64,000 nt of DNA from a virus. Both the position numbers and the translations under genes were made by a program. Positions 60,506 to 64,000 of the stretch are shown in pieces. Location of the stretch: IMG/VR virus record IMGVR_UViG_3300027758_000008, positions 9,524 to 73,523 of that record, one strand, 5' to 3'. The notes below the pieces were generated by a model, which was not told where the DNA came from, did not search any database, and saw nothing but the letters and a program-made list of their open reading frames with translations. The first letter of the stretch is position 1; each line of letters starts with the position of its first letter.

Positions 60506-62491
60506 CTATGTTACGACAACGGCGGGCGTTCCATCGTACCTGTAATTATCAACAGCCCTAACAAATGTTGGAGAGTTATTTATTAATATGTCGTTAACAG
60601 GAGCAGATGGTTCTAGCATGTTGTTATCAACCCATATAGCGCCAGTATCAGAAAAAACTCTAACTAAGTTTGAATCTGAAACAATGTTGCAATTTGTTAT
60701 ACGAAGCATACCCAGCTTTGTAGGACTGCTAACATTCTGCCTAACGCAAATTCCTCCAGCGGTTATGTTTTTAAACTTAGCGCTAATTAGAACGCTGTCC
60801 ATATTGGTTGATTGAAGGTCGAGCGCTGGATATGCGCTGGCAGCGTTCGCGCCCTCGTAATACCCGCCAACAACCTCAAATAGACCGTAGTGCATTTTTG
60901 GTACTAGTGCAGACCTGTCCACTTTCACCGTGTTACCCCTGTATACAACAACTGCTGGCAAGTCAGCATCACCGCCCAAGCTGTCGTAAATGCCGTTAGA
61001 GTCCCCCCAGCCCAGGCACTGTATATCGCAATTCTCTACCGTGTAGCTCCATCCTCTCCACTGTATACCACCTGCGCTACCGTAAGTATTGCAGTTTATG
61101 AATGTACCAAAAGCGCATCCGCTGTGAGATCCGTATGTTGGCCTGTGCGTTGCGTAACCGTAGCAATTAGATACAGTGAAATTAAAGGTACTGCCGCAAT
61201 CGTTTAGGTGCCGCACCCTATACCCTATTACCTCATCCATAATCCATCCGTTAACTCTGTTGGCAAATACGCCATAAAAAATAGCGTTAACGCCATCTAT
61301 AATGGTGGCGTTGTAATCCTCTGCGTGCCCCCTGATGGTCATATTTGACGTTACTGCATCCATACCGGAATCCACCCTAACAGCTACGTTTTCAAAGCCG
61401 TCAACATGCATCCCTGAAACTTCTGCATGCTTGAAATATTTAATGAAGGCCACGGCTATACCGACGCCGTTTGATACGCTCCGTCTGTAGTTGCCGCCGT
61501 AGAATTTCCCGCCCTTTATCTTTATTCCAGATATACAGTCCCAGCTAGTCACTGTCACCGTATAACTCGAAACAGAAAAGCCAAACGGCAGAGGCTCTGA
61601 AATCGTCACGTTGTTCCCGCTTACATTTTGAGCTAACGTTATAAAACGTCTAGCTCTGGAACTTCCCTCTGTGTACCAATGTTCGGTATCTGACTCTATG
61701 TATATTGGGTCTCCCTCTTTGATTTGAGAGCCGTTAGATACAACCAATAGTGTGTCACCCTCAGATGCACTACTAGTTAGTATTGTGCTGCCATATTGGG
61801 AACCCATAAACCTAAATATGGCGTCTGGGTCGCTAATATTGTCATTGCCGTACATATTAGAGCAGTCAAAATACGCACCAGTACAATCAATCGTAATATT
61901 ACTAATACCCGTCACAGTGCTTATTGTATCAACCGTAAAATTGCCACGGAATTTGTAAACATTCGACCTACCGCTGTTTAGAACAGTTTCAATCAGCGGT
62001 CCGCAATCAACTGAGTCGTCAACGTCGCCATAAGCGCGGAAGTTTTCTAAATCCTGCAACACCCAGACATTCCCATTAGCCGCCGTGATGTCTCCAGGTT
62101 GTGCTGTTGCTGTGGTGGAAGATATTAGCGGGGCGTTTGCTCTGTCTGTCGCATAAGCAATTTGACCGTCTCTAATCGGGCGTAAGGCTGCAATTTCTGC
62201 TGCCGTACCATAGAAAGCGCCGACATTGCCAACAACAACTTTTCGTCGCGTGCCGCCGTTTACAGACTTCCAGTATTCGCCAGGTGTTGCATATACGACA
62301 ACCTGCCCGTTTGCATCGGTTAACTTTGATGTTGCGCCGTTACTTCCGTTTTCGTCATCATACAGAATAATAGCGTTACCGCCTGTCTCTGCATCATGCA
62401 TGCTGCATACAGCACTAGCCACAATATTTTTGCCGCTTGTGCCGTTAGCGTCCTCGTCAGCTAAAGCTGTAATTAAATGTGGTACTAGCAT
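60506..62491 (-). CDS. Tail spike with parallel beta-helix (depolymerase-like)
   Basis: Anchor shared with 22865..24697; beta-helix rungs. Confidence 0.75.
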   Translation of the reverse strand: MLVPHLITALADEDANGTSGKNIVASAVCSMHDAETGGNAIILYDDENGSNGATSKLTDANGQVVVYATPGEYWKSVNGGTRRKVVVGNVGAFYGTAAEIAALRPIRDGQIAYATDRANAPLISSTTATAQPGDITAANGNVWVLQDLENFRAYGDVDDSVDCGPLIETVLNSGRSNVYKFRGNFTVDTISTVTGISNITIDCTGAYFDCSNMYGNDNISDPDAIFRFMGSQYGSTILTSSASEGDTLLVVSNGSQIKEGDPIYIESDTEHWYTEGSSRARRFITLAQNVSGNNVTISEPLPFGFSVSSYTVTVTSWDCISGIKIKGGKFYGGNYRRSVSNGVGIAVAFIKYFKHAEVSGMHVDGFENVAVRVDSGMDAVTSNMTIRGHAEDYNATIIDGVNAIFYGVFANRVNGWIMDEVIGYRVRHLNDCGSTFNFTVSNCYGYATHRPTYGSHSGCAFGTFINCNTYGSAGGIQWRGWSYTVENCDIQCLGWGDSNGIYDSLGGDADLPAVVVYRGNTVKVDRSALVPKMHYGLFEVVGGYYEGANAASAYPALDLQSTNMDSVLISAKFKNITAGGICVRQNVSSPTKLGMLRITNCNIVSDSNLVRVFSDTGAIWVDNNMLEPSAPVNDILINNSPTFVRAVDNYRYDGTPAVVVT

Positions 62492-62499
62492 TGTTTCAC

Positions 62500-64000
62500 C
62501 TACGGGTTGTCAGCACCAAGTACAGTGCCTGTGTTAATCCAGTTAATAGTATATCCGTTTCTTTCAATGGCCGCACCTGCCGCGCCACCTGAGCCGCCAC
62601 CAGCCTGACCAAGGTCACCACCTGCAAATCCTGTCGCAGTAAATATGCCGCCAGCGCCATCATCAGCAGTCGCTATACCGCCAGCGCCGCCAGTAGTATT
62701 GTCGCCATTCTGTGCGGGTGTAATGTCGATGGTATTGGCAGAAGGTGAAACGAAGCTGCCTGTAGCGCCTGCACCGTTAGTGTAGCCCGCACCGCCGCCG
62801 CCAGCCCCAAAGGCTGATACGCCGCCGCTTGATGCGCTTTGGCCATTAGCACCACCGCCGCCGCCGCCAATGATGCCTGAGTTATCAATCTGCACATTGG
62901 TTTCAAGGTAGAGCGCTAGACCGCCATCTTCTGGAGTGCCGCCAAGACTTGTTCCGTCACCACCTTTACCAACAATTAAGCCCCTGACATCAAGTATTGG
63001 GTCGTTGTTGAAATCACTGAAATCACCTGTTGATACAGCAGGCTGTGTATTATCGCTACTGCCTGCCACGCAATATGTGTCAAAGATAATTCTAACCTGC
63101 GTATCAGCGTCATAACTTGATGGCGGGTAAATATCATCGAACACGTCGCGCAATGTCCTAACTGTGCCGCCCGAGTCTTTCAACTGGTCAAGCTCAGTGG
63201 ATAACTGAACGACAAGCACACCTTCGTCTACACCTTCATCTTGCGACAATGCCTGACCGTATGAGTGTTCAAGGCAGGTGTAACTGAAGTTGTCAGATTC
63301 CTGCGCCGACATTACCTCAATAGGCAGGTTAACGCGGGTGTTTGTGTTATCCACAATCGTTCTAGTGTTAACGTAAGCATTACCGGCTGTCCAAACATCG
63401 GTGTCTTTCGAGTCTAGCTGGAATGATATTTCGATAGGTGCTTTTGAGTATCTGCGGCCCCATCGCGCAGCCAGCAGGATAGCAGCCGCCTTGTTATCGT
63501 TGTTAATCCAGCGACAGTTAATGGTTTTAATTTTCTGCGAGCCATAATTCGATACGCTATCAGGGTCAATGCGCACATAACCCTGCTGGTAGTTGGTTAT
63601 CTCGTCAAGGTCTTTGGCATAGTCATAAATGCCAAAATTAACAATGACAGTACTAACTCGCATATCAAGCTTATCCTGCCACGACACGGTATCAGCAAGC
63701 AGTTCACCCTCATCTGTCCATGTAGGTACGGATGATGAGAAGTCTTTAATAGCGACAAATGATATCTCTGCCAGGCGCTCATCCCAATACAGGCGATGCG
63801 GCGCTTCCATGCCTAATTCTTTCAGTAGGGTTTTAATACCTACCGGCTCAGTTAGTAGCGTGTAATAGTTACCTGGAAGGTACGCGCTACGCTCTGCCGC
63901 CCACTTCGACGTTGGAATGTAGGAAGAATCAAGACCCGCACCGGTAACAAGTAGCAGGTATAAGATATTGTCAACAGTATCTTGAATCTCGACGCATTCC
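62500..64000 (-). CDS. Tail tip / hub protein, 3' part (starts beyond the right edge)
   Basis: Homolog of 24703..26913 at offset 37797; the ORF-track start at 63810 is internal. Confidence 0.8.
   Translation of the reverse strand, partial: ECVEIQDTVDNILYLLLVTGAGLDSSYIPTSKWAAERSAYLPGNYYTLLTEPVGIKTLLKELGMEAPHRLYWDERLAEISFVAIKDFSSSVPTWTDEGELLADTVSWQDKLDMRVSTVIVNFGIYDYAKDLDEITNYQQGYVRIDPDSVSNYGSQKIKTINCRWINNDNKAAAILLAARWGRRYSKAPIEISFQLDSKDTDVWTAGNAYVNTRTIVDNTNTRVNLPIEVMSAQESDNFSYTCLEHSYGQALSQDEGVDEGVLVVQLSTELDQLKDSGGTVRTLRDVFDDIYPPSSYDADTQVRIIFDTYCVAGSSDNTQPAVSTGDFSDFNNDPILDVRGLIVGKGGDGTSLGGTPEDGGLALYLETNVQIDNSGIIGGGGGGANGQSASSGGVSAFGAGGGGAGYTNGAGATGSFVSPSANTIDITPAQNGDNTTGGAGGIATADDGAGGIFTATGFAGGDLGQAGGGSGGAAGAAIERNGYTINWINTGTVLGADNP

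Larger units (their letters stand above)
39520..64000. mobile_element. Second, related but distinct phage genome period (partial), collinear with the first
   Basis: Same module order as 1..26200; homologous head, endolysin-candidate and tail-hub genes, but different TerS/TerL, primase, recombination genes and tail spike. Confidence 0.9.

Noticed and set aside
1-64000. Simple duplication or terminal redundancy of one genome
   Set aside because: The copies differ by many substitutions and whole modules.
1-64000. Integrated prophage with att sites
   Set aside because: No recombinase, CI-like repressor, tRNA or host gene within a full genome period; flanks outside the window are unknown.

Overview
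The whole window is tailed-phage (siphovirus-like) DNA. I saw no host genes, integrase, CI-type repressor, tRNA or CRISPR array. It holds about 1.6 genome lengths in head-to-tail tandem: the portal/head-morphogenesis genes recur 39,519 bp apart and the tail-hub gene recurs 37,797 bp apart. The copies are two related but different genomes (A, left; B, right). Their structural genes are near-identical in protein, but TerS/TerL, the replication-recombination module with its origin-like repeats, the tail-spike C-terminus, the holin-like genes and many small genes are exchanged between short conserved anchors. The most striking signal is regulatory. Ten copies of a palindromic box TGGT-N3-ACCA, resembling the gammaproteobacterial FadR operator, sit in two fixed geometries: exactly 19 nt upstream of a -10 hexamer with no -35 (8 cases), or inside the 17-nt spacer of -35/-10 promoters of structural genes (3 cases; one box does both). 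Genome A also encodes an 89-aa protein resembling only the DNA-binding domain of FadR. All family assignments come from motif recognition by eye, not database searches. The tandem arrangement could be an assembly chimera.
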